A DNA stretch of 64,000 nt from an uncultured Eubacteriales bacterium (GCA_934462705.1 CAKSIH010000001.1:47761-111760), one strand, 5' to 3'; counted from the first letter of the stretch, positions 1-10,046 are shown. A program made the numbers and translations. Notes: generated from the letters alone by a model not told the origin.

Positions 1-14
1 AAAAAAGGTGAATC

Positions 15-734
15 ATGGAAAAAATATCGTATAAGCTGGAGAGCTTTGAAGGGCCGCTTGATTTATTGCTACACTTAATTTCTAAACATAAGCTAAATAT
101 ATATGATATTCAAATATCTGAGTTGTTAGATCAGTATATGACCCACATTAAGCTGATGGAAAGTCTGGACATGGAAGTTGCTAGTGAATTTTTAGAAATG
201 GCATCAAGGCTTGTTTTGATAAAGACTGCATTTTTACTTCCAAAGCATGAAGAGGCAGAAAAGTTAAAAGAGGAGTTAACGGGGCAACTTTTAGAATACC
301 AAGAGTGTAAAGAGGTAGCAAAGCTAATGGCAAAAGAGATAAACCTAGATTATATTTCACGTGAAGTTATGAAACTTGATATAGACTTATCTTACGACAT
401 AAAACACAATATAAATGAAATTTTAAAGTCTTATATAACTGTTATGGGAAAAAAGAAAAGAGTTTCTCCAGATTTGCATAAATCATTCACGCATATAGTA
501 AAAAAGAGGGTTGTTTCTGTAATATCTAAAGCAATATTTGTTTTAAAGAAATTAAAAAAATATAAAAGTGTAAAATTTAATGAATTATTTAGTGAGAGCA
601 AGAGCAAATCGGAATTGGTAGCAACATTTTTAGCCGTTTTGGAGCTTGTTAAAGGAAAGCGCATAAAGGTTGATTTAGACTCCAATAAAGAATTAACAGT
701 AGAGTTAAACGGCGGTGGGAAAAAGTGGAGATAA
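15..734 (+). CDS. scpA: Segregation and condensation protein A (kleisin ScpA)
   Basis: N-terminal FEGPLDLLLHLI signature. 10-nt overlap with the downstream scpB-like ORF, as in the conserved scpA-scpB pair. Confidence 0.85.
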   Translation: MEKISYKLESFEGPLDLLLHLISKHKLNIYDIQISELLDQYMTHIKLMESLDMEVASEFLEMASRLVLIKTAFLLPKHEEAEKLKEELTGQLLEYQECKEVAKLMAKEINLDYISREVMKLDIDLSYDIKHNINEILKSYITVMGKKKRVSPDLHKSFTHIVKKRVVSVISKAIFVLKKLKKYKSVKFNELFSESKSKSELVATFLAVLELVKGKRIKVDLDSNKELTVELNGGGKKWR

Positions 735-1249
735 AAGAAGTAAGAGAGGCAATACAAGCTATTTTATTTGCAAGTGGTGACCCGATATCTATAGATAGGA
801 TATCGCAAGCTCTTGACATGGACAAGCAAACAGTCTCAAAGGTATTGGCAACTTTAATGGACGAATTTGAGGAAAAAACAGGACTTTGCATAATCAAGTT
901 AAATGATGAATATCAGATGTGTGCAAAGTCGTGCTATTCAGATTACATAAGAAGGGTGATGGATTTAAGGCGTCATATACCGCTTTCGCCGGCAGCAATG
1001 GAGGTTTTAGCGATAGTGGCGTATAATCAGCCGGTTACAAAGTCTTTTGTAGAACAAATAAGGGGAGTGGATTGTTCTGGAAGTATATCAAGTTTATGTA
1101 CCAAAAATTTAATAGAAGAAAAGGGCAGGCTTGAATTACCAGGGCGTCCGCTTTTGTATGGTACAACACTAAATTTTTTAAAGTGCTTTGGAATTTCCTC
1201 AATAGACGAGTTACCTCCGCTTGAATTTAGAAAGGATGATGTCCAATAA
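725..1249 (+). CDS. scpB: Segregation and condensation protein B
   Basis: EAILFASGDPIS start, NQPVTKSFVEQIRGV winged-helix motif, RPLLYGTT near the C-terminus. Follows scpA. Confidence 0.85.
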   Translation: MEIKEVREAIQAILFASGDPISIDRISQALDMDKQTVSKVLATLMDEFEEKTGLCIIKLNDEYQMCAKSCYSDYIRRVMDLRRHIPLSPAAMEVLAIVAYNQPVTKSFVEQIRGVDCSGSISSLCTKNLIEEKGRLELPGRPLLYGTTLNFLKCFGISSIDELPPLEFRKDDVQ

Positions 1250-1270
1250 GGATAAGAGAAGGGAGCAAAA

Positions 1271-1900
1271 ATGGTTATGTTCATTGCTTTTTTGGTAATT
1301 GCAATTATTTTAGCTATTTTATTTTGCCCAATTTATTTAAAAATTGAATTTTATGAAACTTTAAGCATAAATTTGAAAATACTTTTTTATTGGATAAAAA
1401 TTTTTCCGATAAGGAATGAAAAAATTGAAGAATCGGAAAATAATAAAATTAACGATAATAAAGACCCCATACAAGGGAAAAATAAAAAAGATAATAAGGT
1501 TAAAAAACTGCTGAATCAAAGGGGATTAAAAGGATTTTTAAATATATTAAGCGAACTTGGAAAAATATTATTACGTGCAGGTAAAAAGCTAAAATCAAAA
1601 GTTAAAGTGGATAACTTAGATGTTTTAGTGGATGTAGCAGACGAAGATTCAGCTAAAACAGCCGTTAGATACGGGAAAGCTTGCGCATGCATATTTCCAT
1701 TTGCAAACTTAATTTTAAAATATTTTAAAATTAAAGATTATAGTGTAAAGGTTTATCCCAATTTTATGAATGATAAATCAAGGGTAAAATTCAGTTTAAA
1801 ATTTCATTTTAACTTAATTTCGCTTATTTATATAGTTTTATGGGCTTTTGCCGGGTTTATAAAAGTTTTTTATTTAAAGCCGCAAATTTCCAAGAAATAA
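1271..1900 (+). CDS. Membrane protein, DUF2953/YtfI-like (sporulation-associated)
   Basis: N-terminal TM helix and Lys-rich linker. Sits immediately upstream of a ytfJ-like gene, as in Bacilli and Clostridia. Family call from memory only. Confidence 0.45.
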   Translation: MVMFIAFLVIAIILAILFCPIYLKIEFYETLSINLKILFYWIKIFPIRNEKIEESENNKINDNKDPIQGKNKKDNKVKKLLNQRGLKGFLNILSELGKILLRAGKKLKSKVKVDNLDVLVDVADEDSAKTAVRYGKACACIFPFANLILKYFKIKDYSVKVYPNFMNDKSRVKFSLKFHFNLISLIYIVLWAFAGFIKVFYLKPQISKK

Positions 1901-1919
1901 TAAAAAAGGAGTGTTTTAT

Positions 1920-2303
1920 ATGAACGAGCGTCCAATTGACAATTTACTTGATACTACTATGCAAAAAATTAAAGAAATGGTGAACTCGGAAACCATAATT
2001 GGAGATGCAATCAATTTGCCAAATGGTGCGGTGGCAATTCCGGTTTCTAAGGTCACTTATGGCTTTGCATCCGGTGGCTCGGAGATGTCAAGCAAAAAGC
2101 AAGATGAAAAAAATCTATTTGGAGGCGGCAGCGGAGCCGGAGTTACTCTTTCGCCGGTGGGTTTTTTAACCATGGTTGATGGCAAAGTCGAACTTCTTAG
2201 AGTAGAGCCTTCTAATAATACTATTGACAGAGTTATTGATATGGTTCCGGGGGCGATAGACAAAATTGGTGCTATGATAAAAAAGAAAGGTAAGACGGAA
2301 TAG
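1920..2303 (+). CDS. ytfJ: Sporulation protein YtfJ / GerW family
   Basis: SETIIGDAI...AIPVSKVTYGFASGG...GGGSGAGVTLSPVGFL pattern typical of GerW/YtfJ. AGGAG RBS 10 nt upstream of the ATG at 1920. Confidence 0.8.
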   Translation: MNERPIDNLLDTTMQKIKEMVNSETIIGDAINLPNGAVAIPVSKVTYGFASGGSEMSSKKQDEKNLFGGGSGAGVTLSPVGFLTMVDGKVELLRVEPSNNTIDRVIDMVPGAIDKIGAMIKKKGKTE

Positions 2304-2321
2304 GTTTAATTGCAATAAAAA

Positions 2322-2362
2322 GAATGAGGCAAATAAGGTTTAAAATCTTATTTGCCTCATTC
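2322..2362 (+). terminator. Rho-independent terminator after ytfJ
   Basis: 16-bp perfect stem GAATGAGGCAAATAAG/CTTATTTGCCTCATTC with a 9-nt loop, followed by a T-rich tail. Confidence 0.7.
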
Positions 2363-2454
2363 CCCATTTTCTAATATTTTTTTTATTTACGCATATAATT
2401 TATGGAGTATATAAGAACAAGCATTAATTAAAATAAGGAGTGAGCAACAGTTTC

Positions 2455-3603
2455 ATGAAAAAAATAATAGTTTTATTTTTAATAATTGGGGTATTTCTTT
2501 CTTTTGGGAAGATATCTTTAGCCGATGATGTGGTGCCAAGCGAGAGTCTACCTGAGGTATCTGCAGAAAGTGCAATACTTATATGCGCTGATAACTGCGA
2601 GGTGATTTTTGGAAAAAATGAAAAACAAAAAAGGGCAATAGCCAGCACAACCAAAATAATGACAAGCTTACTTGCATTGGAATCTTGTGAAGCTGAAGAT
2701 AAAAAGGTAACAATAACAAATAAAATGGTTCCTGTAGAAGGTTCATCAATGTATTTGGAAGTGGGGCAAATTTTGTCTATGAGTGGGCTTGCAAAGGGAA
2801 TGCTAACAGTCTCGGGAAATGATGCGGCTAATTCTGTTGCAATAGCAATGGCAGGAAGTATAGAAAAGTTTGCAGAAATGATGAATGACAAGGCAAAACA
2901 AATTGGTATGAAAGATACACATTTTGTAACTCCCTCGGGGCTTGACGCGGAGGAACACTATTCAACGGCATATGACATGGCGCTACTTGGGGCATATGCT
3001 ATGGAAAATAAAATGTTTCGCGATATCAGTTCTAAGAAAAGAGTGGATGTTCAATTTTGGGAGCCAGATCAAATTAAGACGTATTACAATGAAAATCGAC
3101 TGTTAAAACGTTATGATGGGTGTATAGGCATAAAAACCGGATTTACAAAAAAAGCCGGCAGATGTCTTGTTTCCAGTGCGGAACGAGATAAAACAAGACT
3201 TGTGGCAGTTACTTTAAATGCTCCTGATGATTGGAATGACCATGAAAAACTTTTTAATTATGGTTTTAGTCAGGTGGAAACCGTGACATTTGACGATAGT
3301 GATGATATAATAGTACCTGTAGTTGGCGCACAGGATGAAAATACATATGTAGGTGTTAAAGGTAAAACTGTGGCAACAGTGCCGAAATGTAAAAAATCTA
3401 AGATAAAAAAAGAAATCGATGTAGCTCCGTTTTTATATGCACCGCTTAAGGAGGGGCAGGTTGTAGGTAAAATATTATATGTACTGGATGGAAATGTGAT
3501 AGCATCAAATGAGTTGGTTGCAAAAAGTGATGTGGACTATTACAAGGAAAGTACCGGAATCTGGAATAGGTTTTTAAATTTTGTAAAGGGCATTTTTACG
3601 TAA
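2455..3603 (+). CDS. D-alanyl-D-alanine carboxypeptidase (S11 penicillin-binding protein, DacB/DacF-like)
   Basis: Signal peptide. SxxK (STTK), SGN (VSGNDAA) and KTG (IKTGFT) active-site motifs in the correct order. Confidence 0.9.
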   Translation: MKKIIVLFLIIGVFLSFGKISLADDVVPSESLPEVSAESAILICADNCEVIFGKNEKQKRAIASTTKIMTSLLALESCEAEDKKVTITNKMVPVEGSSMYLEVGQILSMSGLAKGMLTVSGNDAANSVAIAMAGSIEKFAEMMNDKAKQIGMKDTHFVTPSGLDAEEHYSTAYDMALLGAYAMENKMFRDISSKKRVDVQFWEPDQIKTYYNENRLLKRYDGCIGIKTGFTKKAGRCLVSSAERDKTRLVAVTLNAPDDWNDHEKLFNYGFSQVETVTFDDSDDIIVPVVGAQDENTYVGVKGKTVATVPKCKKSKIKKEIDVAPFLYAPLKEGQVVGKILYVLDGNVIASNELVAKSDVDYYKESTGIWNRFLNFVKGIFT

Positions 3604-3619
3604 TTGGAGGATAAAGGTT

Positions 3620-4336
3620 TTGGAAAAGATAAGGATACAGAAAATGTTGTCGGAATGTGGAGTTTCTTCAAGGAGAAAAGCCGAGGAGATAATTTTAAAG
3701 GGTTGTGTAACTATAAATGGAAGGCAGGCTAGGATAGGAGATAAGGTCGATCCGAAAAAAGATAAAGTAAGAGTCAATGGGGAAGATGTTTCGAGGGAAG
3801 AGAAGAAATATTATATAATGCTGTATAAACCCAGGGGATTTATATCTACTATGAGTGATGAAAAAAATCGAAAATGCGTTTCGCAGCTTGTTCTTGACGT
3901 TCCAGCAAGAGTTTATCCGGTTGGAAGACTAGACAAAGATTCCGAAGGCATGTTGCTTATGACAAATGATGGAGATTTTGCAAATTTAATAATGCACCCG
4001 GCCAATCATATGGATAAAAAATATCGTGTAACAGTTAAACCTGGAATAAAGGAAGAACAAATAGTAAAAATGTGTACGGGTGTGAGATCGGGTGAAGATG
4101 TGCTTGCTGCAAAAGATGTATCAATACTAAAAAGTGAGCCAGACAGAGTTGTTTTAGAAATTACACTTACTGAAGGCAGAAATAGACATATAAGAAAAAT
4201 GTGTGAGGCCCTTGGATTAAAGGTTGCAAGGCTTAAAAGGACATCAATTGGCACAGTTAAGCTTGGAATGCTACAGCCTGGAAAATGGAGGGAGATTACA
4301 ACGGAGGAGTTAAGGAGACTAAAGAAAAATCAATGA
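3620..4336 (+). CDS. rluB: Pseudouridine synthase, RsuA/RluB family
   Basis: N-terminal S4 domain (GVSSRRKAEEII) and catalytic GRLDKDSEGMLLMTNDG motif. TTG start 9 nt after GGAGG. Confidence 0.85.
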   Translation: MEKIRIQKMLSECGVSSRRKAEEIILKGCVTINGRQARIGDKVDPKKDKVRVNGEDVSREEKKYYIMLYKPRGFISTMSDEKNRKCVSQLVLDVPARVYPVGRLDKDSEGMLLMTNDGDFANLIMHPANHMDKKYRVTVKPGIKEEQIVKMCTGVRSGEDVLAAKDVSILKSEPDRVVLEITLTEGRNRHIRKMCEALGLKVARLKRTSIGTVKLGMLQPGKWREITTEELRRLKKNQ

Positions 4337-4680
4337 TAAGTGTTTGTGTGAGTGAATGTAAGGGAGAGATTTTATTTAGTGTTTATGAAGATAACAATAA
4401 GATAGGTACTTTAAGGGCACGAAAAGAAAAAACTAATCTTATTATAGAGGAGATGTTAATAGCTGAAAGTTGCAAGCTTTCAGCTGAGTATAATAGCTTA
4501 ATACCCGAAATGCTAATAAAGTCTTGTGTAAATTATTCTATAAACAGGGATATTTTAGATCTAATTTTAATTTGCTCTTGTAATTATGGAATTTTATATG
4601 CGATGGGATTTAAAAAAAGTGAAAATAAATTTGCTTTTCATATACCATCGCATATAAACAGCTGCTGCGGTTTAAAATAG
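4333..4680 (+). CDS. Hypothetical protein (115 aa, Cys-rich)
   Basis: ORF with an ATG overlapping the rluB stop (ATGA). No family recognised. Confidence 0.4.
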   Translation: MISVCVSECKGEILFSVYEDNNKIGTLRARKEKTNLIIEEMLIAESCKLSAEYNSLIPEMLIKSCVNYSINRDILDLILICSCNYGILYAMGFKKSENKFAFHIPSHINSCCGLK

Positions 4681-4700
4681 GTTTGCAGGATTTACATTGC

Positions 4701-4783
4701 CCCGGCCGCGAGGCCCTGCAGCTGAAAGCTGCAGAAAATGGCAAAAGCCATTTTGCAAGCAATGCTTGCGGCCTCGCGGCCGG
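4701..4783. repeat. GC-rich cloverleaf repeat, copy 1 (order Hc-Hb-Ha on + strand)
   Basis: Outer stem CCCGGCCGCGAGGCC/GGCCTCGCGGCCGGG encloses three hairpins: CTGCAGC-TGAAA-GCTGCAG, AAAATGGC-AAAA-GCCATTTT and GCAAGC-AAT-GCTTGC. Confidence 0.9.
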
Positions 4784-4838
4784 GTTGCTTTAGAGCTAAA
4801 CTGGTTATATTTAATAATTTACAATTTAAAAATAAGTA

Positions 4839-4867
4839 TTGATTTATCAAAGAAAATGTAATATAAT
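4839..4867 (+). promoter_or_regulatory. Sigma-A-type promoter for SRP RNA/dnaX
   Basis: -35 TTGATT, 17-nt spacer, -10 TATAAT. Confidence 0.6.
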
Positions 4868-4900
4868 TATTAAAGTTAATATAAAAGCAAGGTAGAGATC

Positions 4901-5039
4901 TGTACATTTAAATATGTGAGTGGGTGGGCGCTGCACGGTCTGGCGCCGTGAACCATGTCAGGCGGGGAACCGAGCAGCATTAAGCGGAGTTGCCGGGGGC
5001 GATGCAGTTAGTCTGCTCGCTTGCATATTTAAATGTACA
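4901..5039 (+). ncRNA. ffs: Signal recognition particle RNA (small/4.5S-like form; ends approximate)
   Basis: Helix-8 core ACCAUGUCAGGCGGGGAACCGAGCAGC closely parallels E. coli 4.5S ACCAGGUCAGGUCCGGAAGGAAGCAGC, including the GGAA loop. Closing stem TGTACATTTAAATATG/CATATTTAAATGTACA. Conserved position directly upstream of dnaX. Confidence 0.85.
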
Positions 5040-5099
5040 TAAAGCTGAGAGACAGCATCTGCTTTGCTTTTAGTTTATAAAAGAAAGGGTAAGGATGCT

Positions 5100-6737
5100 A
5101 TGTATCAAGCACTATATAGAAAATACAGACCCAAAACCTTTTCTGACGTAGTGGGGCAACTTCATGTGACTGAGACATTGAAAAATGAGGTCAAGCTTGG
5201 TAGAATAGGGCATGCATATCTATTTATAGGTTCTAGGGGTACGGGTAAGACGACTTGCGCAAAAATTTTTTCAAAGGCGGTTAATTGCAGCAATAATGCC
5301 ATTACCGGTGATCCATGTGGCGAATGTGAGATGTGTCGAAGCATAGAAGATACAGAGGTAATGGATATAGTAGAACTTGATGCAGCCAGTAATAACGGTG
5401 TTAATGATATACGAGAGATTTGTGAATCTGCAGCATTTATGCCGGCAAGGGCGAAATATAGGGTTTACATAATAGACGAAGTACACATGCTTTCTATAGG
5501 AGCATTTAATGCTCTTTTAAAGACACTGGAAGAACCGCCAGCACATGTTGTTTTTATTTTAGCAACGACAGAAGTTCATAAGGTTCCTGCGACAATATTG
5601 TCAAGATGTCAGAGATTCGAGTTTCATAGAATTTCGCCGCAGGACATAGCAGATAGACTTTTGTATGTTGCTAAATGTGAAGGTATTATACTGGAGAAGG
5701 AAGCCGCGTTTCTTATAGCAAGGATATCTGATGGAGCAATGAGAGATGCACTTTCCATACTTGATAAGTGTATTAATGATGGAGACGCGGTTACATTTGG
5801 TGTTGTTACGAAGACTGTAGGGGTAGCAACAAAGGAAAACATATACAATCTTAGCAAGGCGATTGTAGAAAAGAGCTCTGAAGATGCATTAAAAATCATA
5901 GGAAAGCTAAGCGATGAATCCAAAGATATGGCTCGGTTGTGCGATGAACTTATAGGGTACTTTAGAGATTTGATGCTTGTAAAAGTTACAAGCAGTGACC
6001 ATGGGCTTATTTCGGTCAGCAAGGAAGAATATTCTGCTATAAATGAAGTTTCCGATAAAATTGAAATTTGTGAAATAATTAATATTTTAGATACGTTAGA
6101 AACTGCAGCAGAACGGATTTCTAAGGGATGCAACAGTAGGATTGAGTTAGAGCTTGCGATTGTAAAACTTGGTGTTCCGGGAGTTGATTATAGCGCTGAG
6201 TCTATTTCGGTAAGACTTGGAAAACTTGAGAATATTGTAAAATCAGGATTTATGACAGATGTAAAATGCGTGAATGCTTATAAGAAAAAGGAACCTGAAC
6301 CCAATTTAAGTAATCAGGGCAACAGTGCAGAGGCATCCGGGGGGCAAGATCAGAAACAAGATTTTGAAAAAAAGACACCTAATATTGTAAAAACATCGAC
6401 AAACAATTTGCAGGATGAAGCGAAGGAAATGCCAAATTGGTCGGATGTAATAGAGGTGCTGAAAAAGCATTCTAGGACTATGGCAATGGCATTTAAGGGT
6501 TCCAAAGCATATGTAAATGGGGATTTTGTGTTAATTGATTCTAAAAATGATGTAGCATTTGAACTTTTAAGGAAATCGGCTCAAAGAGATAGAATGCGCA
6601 TGGCTATTAAGGAAGTAACAGGCAGGGCCTATAAGCTTGGACCGTACAAAAAAAATAATGAGGAAACTAAAAAGGATCCACTGGATGACTTTTTACAAAT
6701 GGCAAGGGATGCAGGGATACAGGTGGAAGAAAATTAA
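5100..6737 (+). CDS. dnaX: DNA polymerase III subunit gamma/tau
   Basis: MYQALYRKYRPKTF start, Walker A GSRGTGKTT, Zn module CGECEMC, SRCQRF sensor motif. ATG at 5100 preferred over the upstream in-frame start. Confidence 0.95.
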   Translation: MYQALYRKYRPKTFSDVVGQLHVTETLKNEVKLGRIGHAYLFIGSRGTGKTTCAKIFSKAVNCSNNAITGDPCGECEMCRSIEDTEVMDIVELDAASNNGVNDIREICESAAFMPARAKYRVYIIDEVHMLSIGAFNALLKTLEEPPAHVVFILATTEVHKVPATILSRCQRFEFHRISPQDIADRLLYVAKCEGIILEKEAAFLIARISDGAMRDALSILDKCINDGDAVTFGVVTKTVGVATKENIYNLSKAIVEKSSEDALKIIGKLSDESKDMARLCDELIGYFRDLMLVKVTSSDHGLISVSKEEYSAINEVSDKIEICEIINILDTLETAAERISKGCNSRIELELAIVKLGVPGVDYSAESISVRLGKLENIVKSGFMTDVKCVNAYKKKEPEPNLSNQGNSAEASGGQDQKQDFEKKTPNIVKTSTNNLQDEAKEMPNWSDVIEVLKKHSRTMAMAFKGSKAYVNGDFVLIDSKNDVAFELLRKSAQRDRMRMAIKEVTGRAYKLGPYKKNNEETKKDPLDDFLQMARDAGIQVEEN

Positions 6738-6758
6738 TTATATTTAGGAGGAAAAATA

Positions 6759-7106
6759 ATGAAAGCAAGATTACCACAAGGCTACGGAGCTGGTGCAGGA
6801 AACTTACAGCAACTTGCAAGACAGGCTCAAAAAATGCAGGAAGATATGGAAAGACTAACTGAAGAGCTGGAACAAAAGGAATATAGTGCGACCTCGGGAG
6901 GAAATGCTGTAAAAGTTATTGTGACAGGAAAGATGGAAGTACAATCCATTGAAATACAACCTGATGTTGTTGATAAAGATGACATAGAGATGCTATCTGA
7001 TTTGGTGAAGGCAGCAGTAAATGAGGCTTTAAGAATGGCAGTTGATGATAAAAATAAAAATGTAGAACAAGTTTCGGGTGGATTCAATATGCCAGGGTTG
7101 TTTTAA
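6759..7106 (+). CDS. ybaB: Nucleoid-associated protein YbaB/EbfC
   Basis: About 115 aa with the [16 protein letters not shown] pattern. Lies between dnaX and recR. Confidence 0.9.
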   Translation: MKARLPQGYGAGAGNLQQLARQAQKMQEDMERLTEELEQKEYSATSGGNAVKVIVTGKMEVQSIEIQPDVVDKDDIEMLSDLVKAAVNEALRMAVDDKNKNVEQVSGGFNMPGLF

Positions 7107-7108
7107 TT

Positions 7109-7708
7109 ATGGAATATAATGTAGCACCTCTTGCAGCTTTAATCGATAATTTTGAAATGCTCCCGGGTATAGGAAGGAAAACAGCACAGCGGCTTGCATA
7201 TTTTGTTATAAATTTACCTAGAAGCAAAGCAGAGGATTTTTCTAAAACAATCATGGATGCCTATGATAAAATAAAGTACTGCAAAGCTTGCCATAACTTA
7301 ACAGATGAAGAACTTTGTAAGATATGTAAAAGCGAAGATAGGGACAAATCTACTATATGTGTGGTTGAAGACCCCAGGGATGTAATGGCACTTGAACGTA
7401 CAGGAGAGTTTAAAGCGGTCTATCATGTGCTTCACGGAGCTATATCGCCAATGAACGGTGTAGGGCCGGATCAGTTATATATAAAGGACCTTCTGAATAG
7501 AATTCCCAAAGAAAAAATTAAGGAGGTTATCATGGCAACAAATCCAACTGTTGAAGGAGAAGCTACAGCTATGTATATATCTAAACTTTTAAAACCGTTG
7601 GGTGTAAAGGTAACAAGGCTTGCTTATGGGATTCCGGTTGGCGGGGATTTAGAGTATGCCGATGAGGTAACATTATCTAGATCTTTAGAAGGAAGAAGTG
7701 AAATGTAA
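7109..7708 (+). CDS. recR: Recombination protein RecR
   Basis: [14 protein letters not shown] helix-hairpin-helix, C4 zinc finger CKACHNL...CKIC, Toprim [12 protein letters not shown]. Confidence 0.95.
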   Translation: MEYNVAPLAALIDNFEMLPGIGRKTAQRLAYFVINLPRSKAEDFSKTIMDAYDKIKYCKACHNLTDEELCKICKSEDRDKSTICVVEDPRDVMALERTGEFKAVYHVLHGAISPMNGVGPDQLYIKDLLNRIPKEKIKEVIMATNPTVEGEATAMYISKLLKPLGVKVTRLAYGIPVGGDLEYADEVTLSRSLEGRSEM

Positions 7709-7726
7709 TTTAGGGCTAGCTGCTCA

Positions 7727-7799
7727 GGGCCGCGAGGCGTAAGCGAAGCTTACAAAGGGCTTTGCCCTTTCGCAGCCGTTGGCTGCGGCCTCGCGGCCC
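7727..7799. repeat. GC-rich cloverleaf repeat, copy 2 (order Ha-Hb-Hc)
   Basis: Outer stem GGGCCGCGAGGC/GCCTCGCGGCCC. Hairpins GTAAGC-GAA-GCTTAC, AAAGGGC-TTT-GCCCTTT and GCAGCC-GTT-GGCTGC. Confidence 0.9.
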
Positions 7800-7866
7800 T
7801 GAAGTCAAGAGGTAAGACTAAACTTGGTGAAAAAAGTAGTATAAAAGGCTTCATAAACAAGGACCA

Positions 7867-7895
7867 TTGACTTTGCGGGCAAATAATGATATAAT
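7867..7895 (+). promoter_or_regulatory. Sigma-A-type promoter for smpB
   Basis: -35 TTGACT, 17-nt spacer, -10 TATAAT. Confidence 0.6.
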
Positions 7896-7913
7896 GCAAG
7901 GAGGGCAGCAGTT

Positions 7914-8384
7914 ATGAAAAAGGAATCATTTAAAACTATAGCGCAAAACAAAAAGGCATATCATGATTATTTTATTGAGGATAAACTGGAAGCGGGCATA
8001 GAGTTATTTGGCACGGAGGTAAAGTCTGTAAGGCAAGGCAGGGTGAGCCTAAAAGAAGCATGGTGTTCAATAGTAAAAGGTGAACTTTTTATAAACGGCA
8101 TGCATATTTCGCCTTATGAACAGGGTAATATATTTAATAAGGACCCAATGCGTGTAAGGCGTCTTTTGATGCATAAAAAGGAGATTATGCGACTTTTGGG
8201 ACTAGTTAAGCAAGATGGCTACACGTTGATGCCTTTGTCAATATACTTAAAAGGTTCTTTAGTAAAGGTTCAAGTTGGCCTGTGCAAGGGCAAAAAATTA
8301 TATGATAAGCGCCAGGACATGGCTGAGAAGTCCGCTAAACGTAACATTGAAAGGGCTTTAAAAGAAAGAAGCCGCATAGTTTAA
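7914..8384 (+). CDS. smpB: SsrA-binding protein SmpB
   Basis: [15 protein letters not shown]...GTEVKS motif. tmRNA gene lies about 850 nt downstream. Confidence 0.95.
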   Translation: MKKESFKTIAQNKKAYHDYFIEDKLEAGIELFGTEVKSVRQGRVSLKEAWCSIVKGELFINGMHISPYEQGNIFNKDPMRVRRLLMHKKEIMRLLGLVKQDGYTLMPLSIYLKGSLVKVQVGLCKGKKLYDKRQDMAEKSAKRNIERALKERSRIV

Positions 8385-8410
8385 AACAAAAAGGAAAGGA
8401 CGGTGTTAAT

Positions 8411-9175
8411 ATGATAGATGCTCGCTACGTGAGTGATACAGGTTGGCAACAAACGGAATATTATAAAAGGGTTTGGGCTGGCGATATTTTTCGTGAAGCA
8501 GAGCTAAAAGAAAAGGATATGAAAGAGCTTCAAGGAAAATATGTGACGGTATTTTATGAAAAAGAAGAAAGTGCAGCTAAAGATGTCTTTAATTTAGCAG
8601 AGAAAGAAAGTTTACACATTGCGACGAGTTTAGGCTTTACTGAGCCGTTGAAAATTAATGTTTATGTTTACGATGATCAAGAGACATTTCACTCTAAGAG
8701 GTGCGGGGTTTTAGCAGGACTTCTTGATTTAGGCTGGTATATTGGTGATAATCGTGGAACAGATGTGTTGCTGCTATCTCCTGCAGGTTTTGCCGAAACC
8801 CAACATGGTTATAATTCAATTAAAAATGCTGTTGTGCATGAAATGGTTCACGCATATAATTCAGTTTTAAATTCCAACATGGAATTATGGATGAATGAAG
8901 GTTTAGCAGTGTATTTAGCTAATCAAAAGCCAAGTGAAGATTTTTATAAATATTTTTCATTTCCAAGGTTGTGCCAGTTGCATACAACCAACAATTTAGA
9001 TTTTGAAGGATTTGGTGGGTATCAATTTGCATATAATTTTATTGAGTATTTAACTAAAGAATATGGATTTAAAAAAGTATTGCAACTTGCTAAAAACTCT
9101 AGCTATGAGGATACATTTGGAAAGTCTGAAGAAGAAATTTATAATAATTGGAAAATTACCTTTGCAGCGAAGTAG
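8411..9175 (+). CDS. Putative zinc metallopeptidase (MA clan, Peptidase_MA_2-like)
   Basis: HEMVH (HExxH) followed about 20 aa later by NEGLAVY, a gluzincin-type third ligand. Family call by motif only. Confidence 0.55.
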   Translation: MIDARYVSDTGWQQTEYYKRVWAGDIFREAELKEKDMKELQGKYVTVFYEKEESAAKDVFNLAEKESLHIATSLGFTEPLKINVYVYDDQETFHSKRCGVLAGLLDLGWYIGDNRGTDVLLLSPAGFAETQHGYNSIKNAVVHEMVHAYNSVLNSNMELWMNEGLAVYLANQKPSEDFYKYFSFPRLCQLHTTNNLDFEGFGGYQFAYNFIEYLTKEYGFKKVLQLAKNSSYEDTFGKSEEEIYNNWKITFAAK

Positions 9176-9232
9176 AATGGCAATAAAAAAGCCACCTTTA
9201 AAGCAGCTATAATTTTTAATTTTATAAAATAT

Positions 9233-9584
9233 GGGGATGCAAAGGTTTCGACGGGGATTATAAGCATTAGTAAGCGAGTAGCGGCGCAGACCCGCTATAA
9301 AATCTGCAAACTTTAAAATTAAACGACAATAATACGTTTGAATTAGCAGCTGCTTAAGCAAGCTGCCGTCTTTGTAGAGAGTACCGCGGCTTTACTAAAG
9401 GCGTCGATTAGCGGTGAACGTGAACAAAGGTAAGTTTCGACCTTTGTCATGAACTAGGAACTACCAAATCAAAGAGCCTGTTATTGGGCGCTTTGCTGAG
9501 GGAATTTTAAATCAATAACTATACTCGTAGAAAGCTTTTGTAAGTAGTTTTCGGACAGGGGTTCGATTCCCCTCATCTCCACCA
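9233..9584 (+). ncRNA. ssrA: Transfer-messenger RNA (tmRNA)
   Basis: 5' GGGGATGCAAAGGTTTCGACGGGG. Internal tag frame ...AAC GAC AAT AAT ACG TTT GAA TTA GCA GCT GCT TAA (..NDNNTFELAAA*). 3' tRNA-like GGACAGGGGTTCGATTCCCCTCATCTCCACCA. Confidence 0.95.
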
Positions 9585-9607
9585 AAATAGAATACATCTT
9601 TTGGTGT

Positions 9608-9644
9608 AAAAATAAGCCCGGCCTTAAGGTCGGGCTTATTTTCA
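9608..9644 (+). terminator. Terminator after ssrA
   Basis: AATAAGCCCGG...CGGGCTTATT hairpin followed by TTT. Confidence 0.7.
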
Positions 9645-9742
9645 TATTTATAAAAAAGTAAGAGCGCCAACTTCCGCGAACCTATCGGTTCACTTCCGCT
9701 GGCGCTCCTGAATGAAGACATAATTACCATATTGCAAAGTTA

Positions 9743-9946
9743 CTAAGCAAAAAGCTCGATTAAATCTTTTTTTAATTCTTTAGTTTTTTTTATTTCAAAT
9801 TCAACGCTGTGTTTAAGCACATTGTTATAGAAATTACCCAATTGAGTAGGTTGTTTATCTCTGTCTTGCAAATTATTTAATCCAGATTGCAGCTCATTAA
9901 TTCTATTATCTAAAAAATCTTTCACTTTTAATTGATTATCATTCAT
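9743..9946 (-). CDS. Hypothetical small coiled-coil protein (67 aa)
   Basis: ORF only. No recognisable family; weak support. Confidence 0.3.
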   Translation of the reverse strand: MNDNQLKVKDFLDNRINELQSGLNNLQDRDKQPTQLGNFYNNVLKHSVEFEIKKTKELKKDLIELFA

Positions 9947-10046
9947 TGTTTTTTATTTCCCTCCATAAATATTAATATATCTATATTATTTTAAGTTTTT
10001 AAATTTTTATACGAAGAATGATATAAAAATAAATGTTAAGGACTGA

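Noticed and set aside
4692-4907. ORF-track entry (71 aa, minus strand) plus the similar entries 44951..45178 (+) and 23089..23583 (-)
   Set aside because: They run through the GC-rich repeat elements or antisense to well-supported genes. Their open frames are a by-product of GC-rich palindromes, and they have no RBS.
9512-9730. ORF-track entry (72 aa, minus strand)
   Set aside because: It overlaps the 3' tRNA-like domain of tmRNA and its terminator, so it is a non-coding region.
9233-10046. Genomic island or prophage integrated at ssrA
   Set aside because: There is no integrase and no direct repeat of the tmRNA 3' end. Housekeeping-type genes resume within about 450 nt.
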